IMG/VR virus record: IMGVR_UViG_3300017647_000010
Location: 1 to 34,238 of that record
Origin: a virus
Lineage: Duplodnaviria > Caudoviricetes
Reading direction: 5' to 3' (one strand)
DNA length: 34,238 nt
Part shown: positions 1 to 9,350 of the stretch, piece after piece
How positions within the stretch are numbered: position 1 is the stretch's first letter
How the letters are laid out: every line of letters starts with the position of its first letter
The notes under the pieces: model-generated
Databases searched by the model: none
Seen by the model: the letters and a program-made list of their open reading frames with translations, nothing else
What the model was told of the DNA's origin: nothing
Made by a program: the position numbers and the translations under genes

Positions 1-303
1 ACCGCGGGTGCGTCGGTCACAGTCTCGGGTGCCACCCTGACCGGCGGCGCTGAACCCACCAGCAAGTATGTCTCGGTGACCAACGGGATCGGAGTCGACC
101 TGCTGGCCGCGGCCGGGGAGCTGCGCCTGCATCCGTCGGAACTGCCACTTTCGGACAAGTCGGAAGACTTCGTGCTGCCGCTGGCGAACACTGCCGGTGC
201 GATCACATTCGCCTACAAGCTGGATGCCGAGCGGATCTACAACGTTGAGTTCGTGGGCTACCCGGATCCGGTTACCAAAGAGCTTTTCCGCATCGGCAAG
301 TAA
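1..303 (+). CDS. Major tail (tube) protein, C-terminal part (5' truncated by the window)
   Basis: Frame 1 is open from base 1 (TAGASVTVSGATLTGG...GIGVDLL...ELRLHP...FAYKLDAERIYNVEFVGYPD) to TAA at 301-303. It lies directly upstream of the tail chaperones and tape measure gene. Confidence 0.75.
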   Translation, partial: TAGASVTVSGATLTGGAEPTSKYVSVTNGIGVDLLAAAGELRLHPSELPLSDKSEDFVLPLANTAGAITFAYKLDAERIYNVEFVGYPDPVTKELFRIGK

Positions 304-310
304 GCAGTCC

Positions 311-336
311 AAGGCGCCCCACGGGGCGCTTTCCTT
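311..336 (+). terminator. Stem-loop after the major tail gene (terminator or mRNA-stabilising hairpin)
   Basis: AAGGCGCCC-CACG-GGGCGCTTT followed by CCTT; the U-tract is short. Confidence 0.5.
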
Positions 337-358
337 CAACGTCTAGAAAAACAACAAC

Positions 359-694
359 ATGGCCAAGTTTCTCAATCTTAACGACCTCGCCTCCCAAGAG
401 GTTCGTGAAATCCAAATCGGCGCCGAGGTGCATCGCGTCATGGAGATGAGCGTCGATGCGTTCATTAGAACCACGCAGGTCGCCGAGTCTCTCGGTGACG
501 AAGCGAGCATCGCGAAGCAGATGGACGCTGCAGTGGACATGATCCTGCTGGCCGTTCCCACGCTGAAGAAGGAGCAGATCCGCGCGCTGTCTGTGGATCA
601 GCTACAGGCGTTGACCAAGTTCATTCGGGGCGAGGATCCGATTGAGCCGGGCGAGGGTGACGACTCGGTCCAGGCGGGCGCCGAGGGAAAGTAG
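359..694 (+). CDS. Tail assembly chaperone (lambda gpG-like)
   Basis: 111 aa, acidic, between the tail tube and tape measure genes; ends in the slippery heptamer G GGA AAG just before TAG. Confidence 0.8.
   Translation: MAKFLNLNDLASQEVREIQIGAEVHRVMEMSVDAFIRTTQVAESLGDEASIAKQMDAAVDMILLAVPTLKKEQIRALSVDQLQALTKFIRGEDPIEPGEGDDSVQAGAEGK
685..691 (+). other. Programmed -1 ribosomal frameshift site GGGAAAG
   Basis: Same heptamer as the lambda G/T site, in the correct X XXY YYZ phase. The -1 frame is open from 691 to the stop at 1018-1020. Confidence 0.85.
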
Positions 695-1020
695 CACGGC
701 GCGGCGATGAGAGCCGGGAGATCGATTTCGGCTTTCTCTTCACGCGCATTTGTCACTTCTACGGGATGTCCTATCGGGAGGTTCTCGACCTTCCAATCAG
801 GGCATTCTGGCTGTTCAATAAGAACGTCGACCGCATCCGCGCCGAGTCAGACCTGCGTGAGCTGCAGGTGGCGGCCAATTCGCAAAGTCAAGAGGGTTAC
901 ACCTCTGCCAGAGAGCGGCTCGTTCTGGAGCTCGGCCCGGTCGATACTGGTGGAGCGCCGGATCCCAGGAAAGCGGTTAGGGATAGAGAAGGGCTCGCGG
1001 CGTTGAAGGCAATGCAATAA
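691..1020 (+). CDS. Tail assembly chaperone gpT-like segment, probably expressed as a ~220-aa G-T fusion
   Basis: The -1 frame reads VARRGDESREIDFGFLFTRICHFYGMSYREVLDLPIRAFW..., and is in frame with track ORF 766..1020. Confidence 0.8.
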   Translation, partial: VARRGDESREIDFGFLFTRICHFYGMSYREVLDLPIRAFWLFNKNVDRIRAESDLRELQVAANSQSQEGYTSARERLVLELGPVDTGGAPDPRKAVRDREGLAALKAMQ

Positions 1021-1041
1021 CAAGAATAACAAGGGCAAGGC

Positions 1042-4000
1042 ATGCTGGGCGGGGAAATTCGCGTCGTAATGACGCTTGACGACAAGGACTTCAGCGTCAA
1101 GACGATCAAGAACGGGCGAGTCGTTTCCGACATGCGCCGGCAGATCGAGGCAACGACTCGGGCCACGGATGGCTTGGGCAACAGCCTTGGCACGGTGGGC
1201 CAGCAGTTCCGCCAAACCCTTCTCACCATTTCCCTGTTCCGGTTCGCCCTCAAGGATGTCCATGACATCTTTCTGGCGCTGCCTGCTGCCGTCGTCCGAA
1301 CGAGCGGAGAGATTGAGCGCCTTGGAACGCTTCTCAAGGGCTTGAGCGGCAGTGCAGAGCAGGCGCAGACTCATCTCAAGTATGTCTTCGATCTGGCGCA
1401 ACGATCCCCGTTTACCGTTGGCGCCTTGACCGACGCGTTCGTCAAGCTGAAGGTTGGAGGGCTCGATCCTACCAAGGGCAGTCTGCAAGCGCTGACAGAT
1501 TCGATCGCGAAGTTCGGCGGGGGCTCAGAGACCCTCAAGCGCGCTGCCGTGGCGATTCAGCAGATGGGCGGCAAGGGTGTCATCTCGATGGAAGAGCTTC
1601 GCCAGCAGCTGGGCGAGGCCGTGCCGACCGCTATGCAGGCAATGGCGAAAGGCATGAACCTGTCGATGGCCGAGCTTACCAAGCTGGTCTCGAAGGGTGT
1701 GGTCGAATCCCAGGATGCTATGCGGCGCATGTTCACGGTTCTTGCGATCGAGAACGAAGGCGCGTCCAGGGAAATGATGAAGACCTGGAACGGCATGTTG
1801 GCCCAGTTGGAGACCAAGTGGGAGCTGTTCAAGCTGAAGGTCGGGGGTAAGGACGACGCCAATGGTCTGTTCGGGACGGCAAAGGAACAGCTTCAACTTC
1901 TCTTGGACGCCTTCGATTCGTCAGCCGCTACTGAGTTTGCAATCAAGCTGGGCGATGCTCTGGCTGACGCGGCCCGAGTCATCGTATCGGTTAAGGACAC
2001 CTTCGTTCAATTCTCTGGCGAGATAAAGACCGCCGGAGAGCTACTTCTGTTGTATTTCGTTGGTTCCAAGATTACGGGGGGCATGTCCGCAATGCTCTCG
2101 CGGTTCAACGAGCTTCGAGCAGTCGCCCAGAAGCAAGCTGCCGAGCGTCTAGCAGCCATGCAGGCCGACCACAATGCAATGGTGGCGGACGCCGCGGCAC
2201 GGGCGCGTGAGATCGAGCAGATGCAGGCGGCAAACCTTGCAAAGATTGAAGCGGAGAAGAAGCTCTCGGCCACCAAAACCGCGGAACGCGAAGCGCAACT
2301 GCGCGCCGAGATCGCCAACAACCAGAAGCGAATCGCCGCGCACAACGCGACTCTGGACACATACAGGGCCGCTGATCAGCAATACCTCAATCAGCAGCTG
2401 GCGGCTGAAATGGAGGCTGACCGGATCCGGCGCCAGCGCAAAGCCGGCAGTGCAGCAGCCGCAAGGGTCTATGATCGGCAGGCGGAAGGCTACTTCACAT
2501 CCAGAGCCGTTCTCGCTGTAAGCGGGGATGCCGAACGACAGGCCATAGCCACGCTCCGTGCCCAGAACGAGCAGCTGGAGCGCCAGATCCGAGTGCTTCG
2601 CGAGGTCGGCACGCTTCGGTCGGCGGAGCAGCGGCTGCTTGCTACTCAAAACCTTACCTTGGAGACAACACGTCAGAAGTATCAGGCGGTGGCGGACTCC
2701 GTCTTTAAGCTCAACACGGCCCAGCTGGCAGCTCAGCGTATCGTCACGGCGTCGCAGTTTGTATGGAGCGCTCTTGGCGGGTGGCTGGGTGTGGTGACGG
2801 GTGCAGTGATGCTGCTGACAAGCGCTTGGATGAACAACAAGAGCGCGGCAGAACAGGCGATTGAAGCGCAGCGTCGTGCGCAGAGGGCAGGCGCCGGAAT
2901 ATTTTCGGAAGAGGATGCCAAGCGCACCAAGCAAGATCTCAAGGAAGTGGCTGACCGGTTGAAGGCCCTCCAAGAGGGCAAGAGCCGCGGCTACATGATC
3001 GAGCAGACGGGGCTCGGGCCGGTGAAGCTGAATTGGGGAGCTCGGAATGAACAGGAGCTTGCTGACCTTTTGAAGCGACAGCGAGAGTTGCTCGACACAT
3101 CTGCCAAGCAGATGATTGCCGCAGAGGAGGCGAACGTCGAGGCGATCGTTGCGGTTCATCAGAAGGGGCTTGAGCGACGGCTTGCGGCTATTAGCAGTGA
3201 GTTTTCGAAGGAGAAGGCTAAGCGCGACAAGAGCAATAAGGATCGCTTGGATGCCGTCAAGAATGATGAAGCGGCGGTCGAGAAGTTAAGAAGCGAGTTC
3301 GAAAAGATTGATCGGGCAGCGGTCATTAAGCGAACGGAAGACGAGCTTGACGCAATCTCCACAAGCTTGACCTCCACACGCGATCAGATCGCGAAGATCA
3401 AAGACTCGGCGAGAATTGGCCCTCTCACGAAAGAACAAAGCGACGACCTTCGAGGATTTGAAGCTTGGGTTGCAAAAGCTAGCGAGAAATATAGCGAGCT
3501 TTCGGATCGACTGGTGAATCTGCAGCACCTCAACGACCCAAACAAGTTCTTAACAGCGAAAGGCGGCGCAAAAACCGCAAAAGAGCATCCTATGGTCCAG
3601 TCTCTGGAACAGGAGGCTGCTGCACTTGAACAGGCGAAGGCGAAGTATGAAAGCGTGGTCAACGAAACACGCGGAATTGCGGATCTCCGGAAGGAGGCGG
3701 CTTTCGCAGTGTTCGGTGACATCGCTTCGGGTAAGTTTGACTACAAGGACAAGAACGAGAAGGGTCAAACCACAATCGATTATTTCGGCGACCTGAAGGC
3801 TCGACAGACCTATGTCGCGAAGTTCGCAGAGGCTCTCCGGTCTGGGCAAACCGACATCAATGCATTTGTCGGAAGCCTGAGCGGCCTGTCGTCGGCAGAA
3901 AGCGACCAGATCAAACGACTTATCGACCTCAAGGCCGAGCAGGAGCGGTTTGGGGAAGGCACTCGCGCTCTGACCGCCGCTCAGCAGCTGGCGGCCCGAT

Positions 4001-5523
4001 CGAACGAGGACTTGCTGGCCGCGATGGACAGCTATTCGGCGGATGGCCTGGCAAAGCAGTCCCGGGGATTGTCTGCCCTGAAGCGTCAGTTGGAAGCTAT
4101 CGAGGTGCGCCTGCGTGTTGGAACTCAGGAGTTCAACGAGTTTGCCGCTGCAAAGGCCCGGGCGCTCGTGAATCAGGCGTCCCGAGACGCTTATGACTAT
4201 GGATCGGGAGCGGCACGCAACCTGAGAGATGCCGAGATCGCCGCAATCACCGAGGTTAGCCGGCGTCGCCAAGCAGCCCATCAGGAAAATCTACGCCGGA
4301 TCACAGCCGAATTTGAGGCGGTCAAGAAGGGCATCGAGGAGCAGCTCAACCTGGAGACTACCTCCGTCGATGATAAGAAGAAGCTTGAGGCGTCTCTGGC
4401 GGTTGCGCGCAAGGCATACAGAGAGGAGACAAAGGCCGCGGAGATCGACTACGCGCAAGCTTCGAAGACCGAACTCCAGCATCTTCGTGACGAATGGCTC
4501 GACCTGACGCAGCAGATGAACCAAGCGTCGGCGGACTGGGCACGCAACTTCCTTACGGAGGTGCAGAACGTCACTGAGACGGGCAAGTTCTCGTGGCGGT
4601 CTTTGCTGACGTCCATGCTCCAGGATACTAACCGGGCGCTTCTGCAAAAGGGGTTTGGCGGATTGATCACGTCTGGGATGCAGTCTATCGGCGGCCTGGT
4701 GCAGAAGGGCATCAGCTTTGTTACGGGCAACTCGTCGCCGACCGCGGGAGCCGGAGGATTCGACAGTTTCCTCAATTCCCTTTTTGGGAACGATCAAACC
4801 CAGCAGGGGAATTTGCCCGTGGACCCTACACTAAACGCCGTTCGCGTAACCACGGTGGGCGGTGGCGCTCTTGGTGCGTCTGGCGAGCTTGATCCCGTTG
4901 AGGCCGGAAAGCAAACCATGTTCCAGACGGTTCGGGAGAAGCTGATGGGCGTATTCGACTGGATGAAAAGCGGTTTCAGCTCAGTCCTGGACAATGTCGA
5001 CGGCTGGTTTGGCGATCTGGTGAGCGGTATCGGGGACAACTTCTCCGGCCTGTTCGAGGGCCTGGGATCCTGGATCTCCCAGCTCTTCTCCGGTGGTGGT
5101 GGGGCTGGAGGTGGCAACTGGATGTCCCAGCTGGGCACGCTTGCCATGTCGTTCTTCGAAGACGGCGGAATCATGACCAAGTTCGGCTCGCTGCCGCTGA
5201 AGAAGTATGCCAAAGGTGGGATCGCCAACAGCCCTCAACTGGCACTGTTTGGCGAGGGCAGAAAACCTGAGGCCTATGTCCCTCTTCCGGATGGTCGTTC
5301 TATCCCGGTTACCATCGCAGGCGGGACGGCTGCAGGGGGCGGCACTCCCTCTGTGATCGAGAACAACGTCAAAATTGAAATCAACGTCCAGAGCGGCGGG
5401 ACATCGAACACTACCTCGAACGCGCGGGATAGCGTCTGGACGGAGATTGCCGAGAAGGTCGAGGGCGTGGTGATGAACACCCTTACAAAGCAGCAGCGAC
5501 CTGGTGGGATGTTCGCGAGGTGA
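1042..5523 (+). CDS. Tail tape measure protein
   Basis: 1493 aa, Ala-rich and helical. N-terminal tape-measure motif (AIQQMGGKGVISMEELRQQLGEAVP) and lambda-H-like C-terminus (YAKGGIANSPQLALFGEGRKPEAYVPL). Follows G/GT. Confidence 0.95.
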   Translation: MLGGEIRVVMTLDDKDFSVKTIKNGRVVSDMRRQIEATTRATDGLGNSLGTVGQQFRQTLLTISLFRFALKDVHDIFLALPAAVVRTSGEIERLGTLLKGLSGSAEQAQTHLKYVFDLAQRSPFTVGALTDAFVKLKVGGLDPTKGSLQALTDSIAKFGGGSETLKRAAVAIQQMGGKGVISMEELRQQLGEAVPTAMQAMAKGMNLSMAELTKLVSKGVVESQDAMRRMFTVLAIENEGASREMMKTWNGMLAQLETKWELFKLKVGGKDDANGLFGTAKEQLQLLLDAFDSSAATEFAIKLGDALADAARVIVSVKDTFVQFSGEIKTAGELLLLYFVGSKITGGMSAMLSRFNELRAVAQKQAAERLAAMQADHNAMVADAAARAREIEQMQAANLAKIEAEKKLSATKTAEREAQLRAEIANNQKRIAAHNATLDTYRAADQQYLNQQLAAEMEADRIRRQRKAGSAAAARVYDRQAEGYFTSRAVLAVSGDAERQAIATLRAQNEQLERQIRVLREVGTLRSAEQRLLATQNLTLETTRQKYQAVADSVFKLNTAQLAAQRIVTASQFVWSALGGWLGVVTGAVMLLTSAWMNNKSAAEQAIEAQRRAQRAGAGIFSEEDAKRTKQDLKEVADRLKALQEGKSRGYMIEQTGLGPVKLNWGARNEQELADLLKRQRELLDTSAKQMIAAEEANVEAIVAVHQKGLERRLAAISSEFSKEKAKRDKSNKDRLDAVKNDEAAVEKLRSEFEKIDRAAVIKRTEDELDAISTSLTSTRDQIAKIKDSARIGPLTKEQSDDLRGFEAWVAKASEKYSELSDRLVNLQHLNDPNKFLTAKGGAKTAKEHPMVQSLEQEAAALEQAKAKYESVVNETRGIADLRKEAAFAVFGDIASGKFDYKDKNEKGQTTIDYFGDLKARQTYVAKFAEALRSGQTDINAFVGSLSGLSSAESDQIKRLIDLKAEQERFGEGTRALTAAQQLAARSNEDLLAAMDSYSADGLAKQSRGLSALKRQLEAIEVRLRVGTQEFNEFAAAKARALVNQASRDAYDYGSGAARNLRDAEIAAITEVSRRRQAAHQENLRRITAEFEAVKKGIEEQLNLETTSVDDKKKLEASLAVARKAYREETKAAEIDYAQASKTELQHLRDEWLDLTQQMNQASADWARNFLTEVQNVTETGKFSWRSLLTSMLQDTNRALLQKGFGGLITSGMQSIGGLVQKGISFVTGNSSPTAGAGGFDSFLNSLFGNDQTQQGNLPVDPTLNAVRVTTVGGGALGASGELDPVEAGKQTMFQTVREKLMGVFDWMKSGFSSVLDNVDGWFGDLVSGIGDNFSGLFEGLGSWISQLFSGGGGAGGGNWMSQLGTLAMSFFEDGGIMTKFGSLPLKKYAKGGIANSPQLALFGEGRKPEAYVPLPDGRSIPVTIAGGTAAGGGTPSVIENNVKIEINVQSGGTSNTTSNARDSVWTEIAEKVEGVVMNTLTKQQRPGGMFAR

Positions 5524-5547
5524 CAATAGCGGCCCGTTGCATATAAT
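5520..5547 (+). promoter_or_regulatory. Putative sigma70 promoter for the inserted two-gene cassette
   Basis: GTGACA (5520-5525), 16 bp, TATAAT (5542-5547). A GGAGG RBS precedes ATG 5577. Confidence 0.45.
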
Positions 5548-5576
5548 CCGCTTGTTACAAAAAGAACGGAGGGCAA

Positions 5577-6308
5577 ATGCGACTAATTCCTGGGCTTTTT
5601 CTATGCGCCGCGCTCTTTGCTGTGCCAACGTTTGCCGAGCGGAGCGACGATCCCTTCTTTGTATGGCAACTTGCTGCGGTTGAGAGTATTGAAGGCGAGC
5701 TTCAGCTTTGTCGCGGCTTGGTGGACGCAGAGTTTGTGCAAGAGGTCAAGGCGCTACGTAAGGCGTATGCGGTGCATCCGGCCGGCGCCCCATTTCGGGA
5801 GCGCATCGCAAGCTCAGATAGACGTGTTGAGATTTGGCGCAAGGGTTCCGCGACTGTTTGGGGGAGTGACGGCGGCGCTGCGCTTGCGCAGGAGTGCAAC
5901 CGGCATGAGAAGTTCTGGCGATCAGAACTTGAAGTCGCGAGAGCTTTTCTAGTGCCTGAAGCGGGTGCAGCCACAAAGGAATCCCGCTGGAGTCCAGACG
6001 TGCAACTGGCCATCGACCTTACAGAGTCGATGATGAGCATGCTCAGAATATGCAACATTAACGTCACTAAGGAGATCGTTGTGAGAACGATGATGGACCG
6101 TGTCAACTTGTTTGCATATGCTTGGCCGGGGTCAGCGGCGACTCAACAGGCTCAGTCTGACTACAGGATTCATGATAAGTATATGCGGCTCAAGCGCTCT
6201 GCTCCGCCAGAGTCATCGCTTGACGAGATACGACTATGTGAGCGAATTCAAGCGGAAGCTGAAAAGACCGCGGAGACAGTTCGAGTCTTCCTAGCTAGCA
6301 AGAATTAG
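5577..6308 (+). CDS. Exported hypothetical protein with two copies of a two-Cys helical domain (moron-like)
   Basis: GGAGG RBS; signal-peptide-like MRLIPGLFLCAALFAVPTFA; motif E-x8-C ... C-x13-[AV]R-x-F occurs twice. Confidence 0.75.
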   Translation: MRLIPGLFLCAALFAVPTFAERSDDPFFVWQLAAVESIEGELQLCRGLVDAEFVQEVKALRKAYAVHPAGAPFRERIASSDRRVEIWRKGSATVWGSDGGAALAQECNRHEKFWRSELEVARAFLVPEAGAATKESRWSPDVQLAIDLTESMMSMLRICNINVTKEIVVRTMMDRVNLFAYAWPGSAATQQAQSDYRIHDKYMRLKRSAPPESSLDEIRLCERIQAEAEKTAETVRVFLASKN

Positions 6309-6480
6309 GCTGATGTCAAAAATGACAACATCAGTGCCTGCGCAGAAACGGATTATTAGGCGGCGGAAATTGTCGAAGTGGAGGTCTATCTTGCGCAGAA
6401 TCGATAGAACGATTGAGGGATGCCGGCAGTCAGGAGAGGTCCGTTCCAGGTTGCGATCTTCAAGTTGGGTCGGCGTTCCA

Positions 6481-6876
6481 ATGCGTAGGCTCGGGCAAGT
6501 TCTGCTGTTATGGATGCTCGGCATAACATCCGTCTTTTCCTCCAGCCCGACCGTCAAAGATAAGTTGTTTCACGAGAATATCCTGGTCGTCGAGCGCGCG
6601 GCGGCATTCGCGCATGCATGCTTGGCCTATATAGGCACGGACTTTGGCGTCAAGGTCTACGGTCTGCGACATGACTTTATGTTTCATCCGCTCGTTGAGA
6701 ACCCACAGTCGGTGTTTCAAGATTCGGAGCGTCGCATTAAGACATTCACTTCACTCGCTGAGACGAAGCGCGACTGGGTCCCCGCTGATGAGCGTCGGAG
6801 CTACTGTCTGAAGGAGAAGGAGTCTCAAGAGAACAGTCTTAAGTTCGCTCGCAAGTTCATACAACAACTAAAGTGA
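6481..6876 (+). CDS. Exported hypothetical protein, paralogue of the upstream gene (one domain copy)
   Basis: Start moved from 6313 to ATG 6481, which gives the signal-like MRRLGQVLLLWMLGITSVFS. The rest aligns by eye to the N-terminal domain of 5577..6308. Confidence 0.7.
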   Translation: MRRLGQVLLLWMLGITSVFSSSPTVKDKLFHENILVVERAAAFAHACLAYIGTDFGVKVYGLRHDFMFHPLVENPQSVFQDSERRIKTFTSLAETKRDWVPADERRSYCLKEKESQENSLKFARKFIQQLK

Positions 6877-6888
6877 AGTGAAAGCCTA

Positions 6889-6917
6889 CGGTCAACCTAT
6901 GGTTGGCCGCTATTTTT
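6889..6917 (+). terminator. Rho-independent terminator closing the inserted cassette
   Basis: CGGTCAACC-TAT-GGTTGGCCG followed by CTATTTTT. Confidence 0.65.
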
Positions 6918-6920
6918 GGC

Positions 6921-6950
6921 TTGATTTTATAGTAAGGATTTACTTATAAT
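6921..6950 (+). promoter_or_regulatory. Promoter with an AGTA-N6-TACT palindrome upstream of the tail tip genes
   Basis: TTGATT (6921-6926), 18 bp, TATAAT (6945-6950). The spacer holds TAGTA-AGGATT-TACTT (6930-6945). Confidence 0.65.
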
Positions 6951-6956
6951 GTTGCC

Positions 6957-7292
6957 ATGAAAGAGCGATTCTCATGGCTACCGGATGTTGGCGCCTCCAT
7001 CGACGAGGAGCCGAACGTGCGTTCAACGCCCTTCGGTGACAACTATGAGCTGCGTGAGCCGATCGGGATCAACACCATCAAGCAAAAATGGACCCTGACA
7101 TTCACCCTTTCAGAGATCGAGGCGACTCAGGCAAGGAACTTCCTGAAGGCCAGGAACGGATCTGAATCCTTCATCTGGAAGACCCCGGAAAGCGAAGACA
7201 GGCTGTTCATCTGTAAGAAGTGGCGGGTGAGTCGAGACATCCCCAACTATGTATTGACCGCGGAGTTCGAGGAAGTCTTCGACAACGACTGA
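6957..7292 (+). CDS. Minor tail / distal tail protein (lambda gpM-like)
   Basis: 111 aa; FSWLP...PNVRSTPFGDNYE...GIN...FLKARNGSESFIWKTP...LTAEFEEV is typical of gpM. Synteny agrees. Confidence 0.9.
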   Translation: MKERFSWLPDVGASIDEEPNVRSTPFGDNYELREPIGINTIKQKWTLTFTLSEIEATQARNFLKARNGSESFIWKTPESEDRLFICKKWRVSRDIPNYVLTAEFEEVFDND

Positions 7293-7326
7293 TCCCCGAC
7301 CCATCGACAACCAATAAGAAGAAGAA

Positions 7327-8049
7327 ATGTCGATTGCCAAGGAGATACAGCTCCTGGCGCCATCTGCGATGGTGGAGCTGTTCCAGCTGGACTACAGCAA
7401 TAAGGTGCCGGGCGCCCAGCCCCTGTGTTTCCACGCCGGCACCAATGGGCTGCGCGAGCCTGTCACTTGGCAGGGAGTCGCGTATACGCCCTATGGCGTC
7501 AAGGCGGAAGGCTTTGATGTATCGACGAGCGGACCGCTTCCACGCCCGAAGTTGACGGTTGCTAATCCAAAGGGCGTGCTGTCGTCCGAGGTCCGCGCTT
7601 ACGACGATCTCATCGGAGCGTCTCTTACGCGCAAGCGCACGCATGTCCGGTATCTTGACGCCGCGAACTTCGCGACAGGAAATCCGAACGCGGATCCGAA
7701 CCAGCACTATGCCGACGAGGTCTGGTTCGTGGAGCAGAAGCTGGTGGAGAACTCCTCGTTCATCCAGTTCGAACTCGCCTCGCCATTCGACCTGAACGGC
7801 GTCATCCTGCCCGGTCGGCAGATGATCAAGAACTCCTGCCCCTTCCAGTATCGTGGCCCCGAATGCGGTTACACAGGAACCCGATACTTCGACGAGAACG
7901 ACCAGCCTACAAACGAGCAGAACGACCGCTGCGGCCGCCGTCCCACCTCGTGCAAGCTGCGTCACCCCCAGATTCCTGGTCTTGCTGGAGTCTTCTTTCG
8001 AGTTGGCGTGCCCTTCGGCGGCTTTGTGGGGACGACACGTGTTGGATAA
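7327..8049 (+). CDS. Minor tail protein L (Fe-S-type Cys motif)
   Basis: VELFQLD...FHAGTN...WQGVAYTPY...PRPKLTVAN...LDAANF, plus the C-terminal Cys cluster CPFQYRGPECGY...DRC...SCKLR and PFGGF. Confidence 0.95.
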   Translation: MSIAKEIQLLAPSAMVELFQLDYSNKVPGAQPLCFHAGTNGLREPVTWQGVAYTPYGVKAEGFDVSTSGPLPRPKLTVANPKGVLSSEVRAYDDLIGASLTRKRTHVRYLDAANFATGNPNADPNQHYADEVWFVEQKLVENSSFIQFELASPFDLNGVILPGRQMIKNSCPFQYRGPECGYTGTRYFDENDQPTNEQNDRCGRRPTSCKLRHPQIPGLAGVFFRVGVPFGGFVGTTRVG

Positions 8050-8800
8050 GGTCGCTCATCTTGAAGATGCCATGCGCGCCCACGCGCAGGCCGAATTCCC
8101 GAAGGAAGCGTGCGCGCTGCTTGTCAAGAAGGGTAAGAAGGCCGAGTTTCGTCCGTGCGTGAACAGCGCCGAGAAGCCGACCCTCGACTTCCGCATCGAC
8201 TCACTGGAGTATCGCCGTGTGTCCGGCGAGGATGAAGTCATCGGGATATGGCACTCGCATATCAACCGACCACCCGCCATGACCCCGACCGATCTCGCTT
8301 ACTGCGAGATCACGGCTGTGCCCTGGTTCATTACGAGCATCTACCTTTCAGACGGTCAGTATGTGTTCAGCGGGACGACCGTTCATGAGCCGACAGGTTG
8401 CAAGCCGGACTATTTGCAACGACCTTACGTCTTCGGGGTTATGGACTGCTACTCCTTGTGCCGGGACTACCTCGCGCGAGAGCTCTCCATCGAAATTCCC
8501 GCGTATCAGGACTGCAGAGTGCCGGGTTGGGCAAGCAAGGGATACAACTTCTTCGCTGAGAAATACGAGGAGGCAGGCTTTGCCCGCCTTCCTTCGGGCT
8601 CGGCCGCGGAGATCGGCGACTTGTTTCTCATGCAGATTGCAGCCGGCGTGCCTGATCACATTGGCGTCTATGTCGGGAACGACCAGATGCTGCACCACCC
8701 ACATGGGCGACTCTCCCAAAAGTCCGTCTACGGCGGCTACTGGGAGAAGCACACAACCCATCACCTGCGTCATAAGTCGAGGATGGACCATGCTGACTAA
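8042..8800 (+). CDS. Tail tip assembly protein K (JAB/MPN + NlpC/P60)
   Basis: HAQAEFPKEAC, WHSH (JAB), RPYVFGVMDCYSL and DHIGVYVGNDQMLHH (NlpC/P60). The start is probably GTG 8039, TTG 8042 or ATG 8072 rather than the track start 7853. Confidence 0.9.
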   Translation: MDKVAHLEDAMRAHAQAEFPKEACALLVKKGKKAEFRPCVNSAEKPTLDFRIDSLEYRRVSGEDEVIGIWHSHINRPPAMTPTDLAYCEITAVPWFITSIYLSDGQYVFSGTTVHEPTGCKPDYLQRPYVFGVMDCYSLCRDYLARELSIEIPAYQDCRVPGWASKGYNFFAEKYEEAGFARLPSGSAAEIGDLFLMQIAAGVPDHIGVYVGNDQMLHHPHGRLSQKSVYGGYWEKHTTHHLRHKSRMDHAD

Positions 8801-9350
8801 GATCCAGCTTGAAGGCGCACTGGGCCGCAAGTTCGGCCGGGATTGGGAGCTTGACGTGGCGGGACCAGCTGAGGCTGTCCGCATGCTCAATGCGAACTGT
8901 CCTGGGTTCCTCGCCTGGATTCGTGGGAACCTGAACCGATTCAGCACCTACCGGGTCGTTTGCACATACCCGGATGGGCGCGAAGAGGAGATGGACGATG
9001 TCACGATTCGAATGAAGGGCAATCCGGTAGCGATCCGGTTCATTCCCCTCATCGAGGGATCTGGATCGTTCGGTCAGATTGTCCTCGGCGCGACGCTTGT
9101 CGTCATCGGCATTGCCACTAACAACTACTACCTGGCTGCCATCGGAGCGAGCTTTGCCCTGGGCGGTGTCGTTCAGCTCCTTGCTCCGCAGCCAAAGCAG
9201 CCGTCCGCCGCAGAAAGCAAGGAATCCTACTACTTCGATGGCCCGGTCAACACCGATGGACAAGGTGTCGTGCCTCTGGTTTACGGTCGCAAGGTCCTGG
9301 TTGGGTCCAGCCCGATATCGTTGGTGCTGTCCGTAGACCAGCTGATATAG
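8790..9350 (+). CDS. Tail assembly protein I
   Basis: MLTKIQLEGALGRKFGR...AEAVRML..., a central Gly/hydrophobic stretch and ESYYFDGPVNT...VPLVYG. ATG 8790 overlaps the end of K. Confidence 0.92.
   Translation: MLTKIQLEGALGRKFGRDWELDVAGPAEAVRMLNANCPGFLAWIRGNLNRFSTYRVVCTYPDGREEEMDDVTIRMKGNPVAIRFIPLIEGSGSFGQIVLGATLVVIGIATNNYYLAAIGASFALGGVVQLLAPQPKQPSAAESKESYYFDGPVNTDGQGVVPLVYGRKVLVGSSPISLVLSVDQLI

Noticed and set aside
297-312. AAGTAAG after the major tail gene as another palindromic site
   Set aside because: Only a half-site made by the Lys codon and stop; no TACT at the required spacing.
6313-6480. N-terminal extension of track ORF 6313..6876
   Set aside because: Arg-rich and unprotein-like. 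ATG 6481 gives a signal peptide and matches the paralogue's layout.
7853-8789. Long upstream starts for K (7853) and I (8361)
   Set aside because: They overlap L and K extensively; recognisable family sequence starts at about 8042 and 8790.
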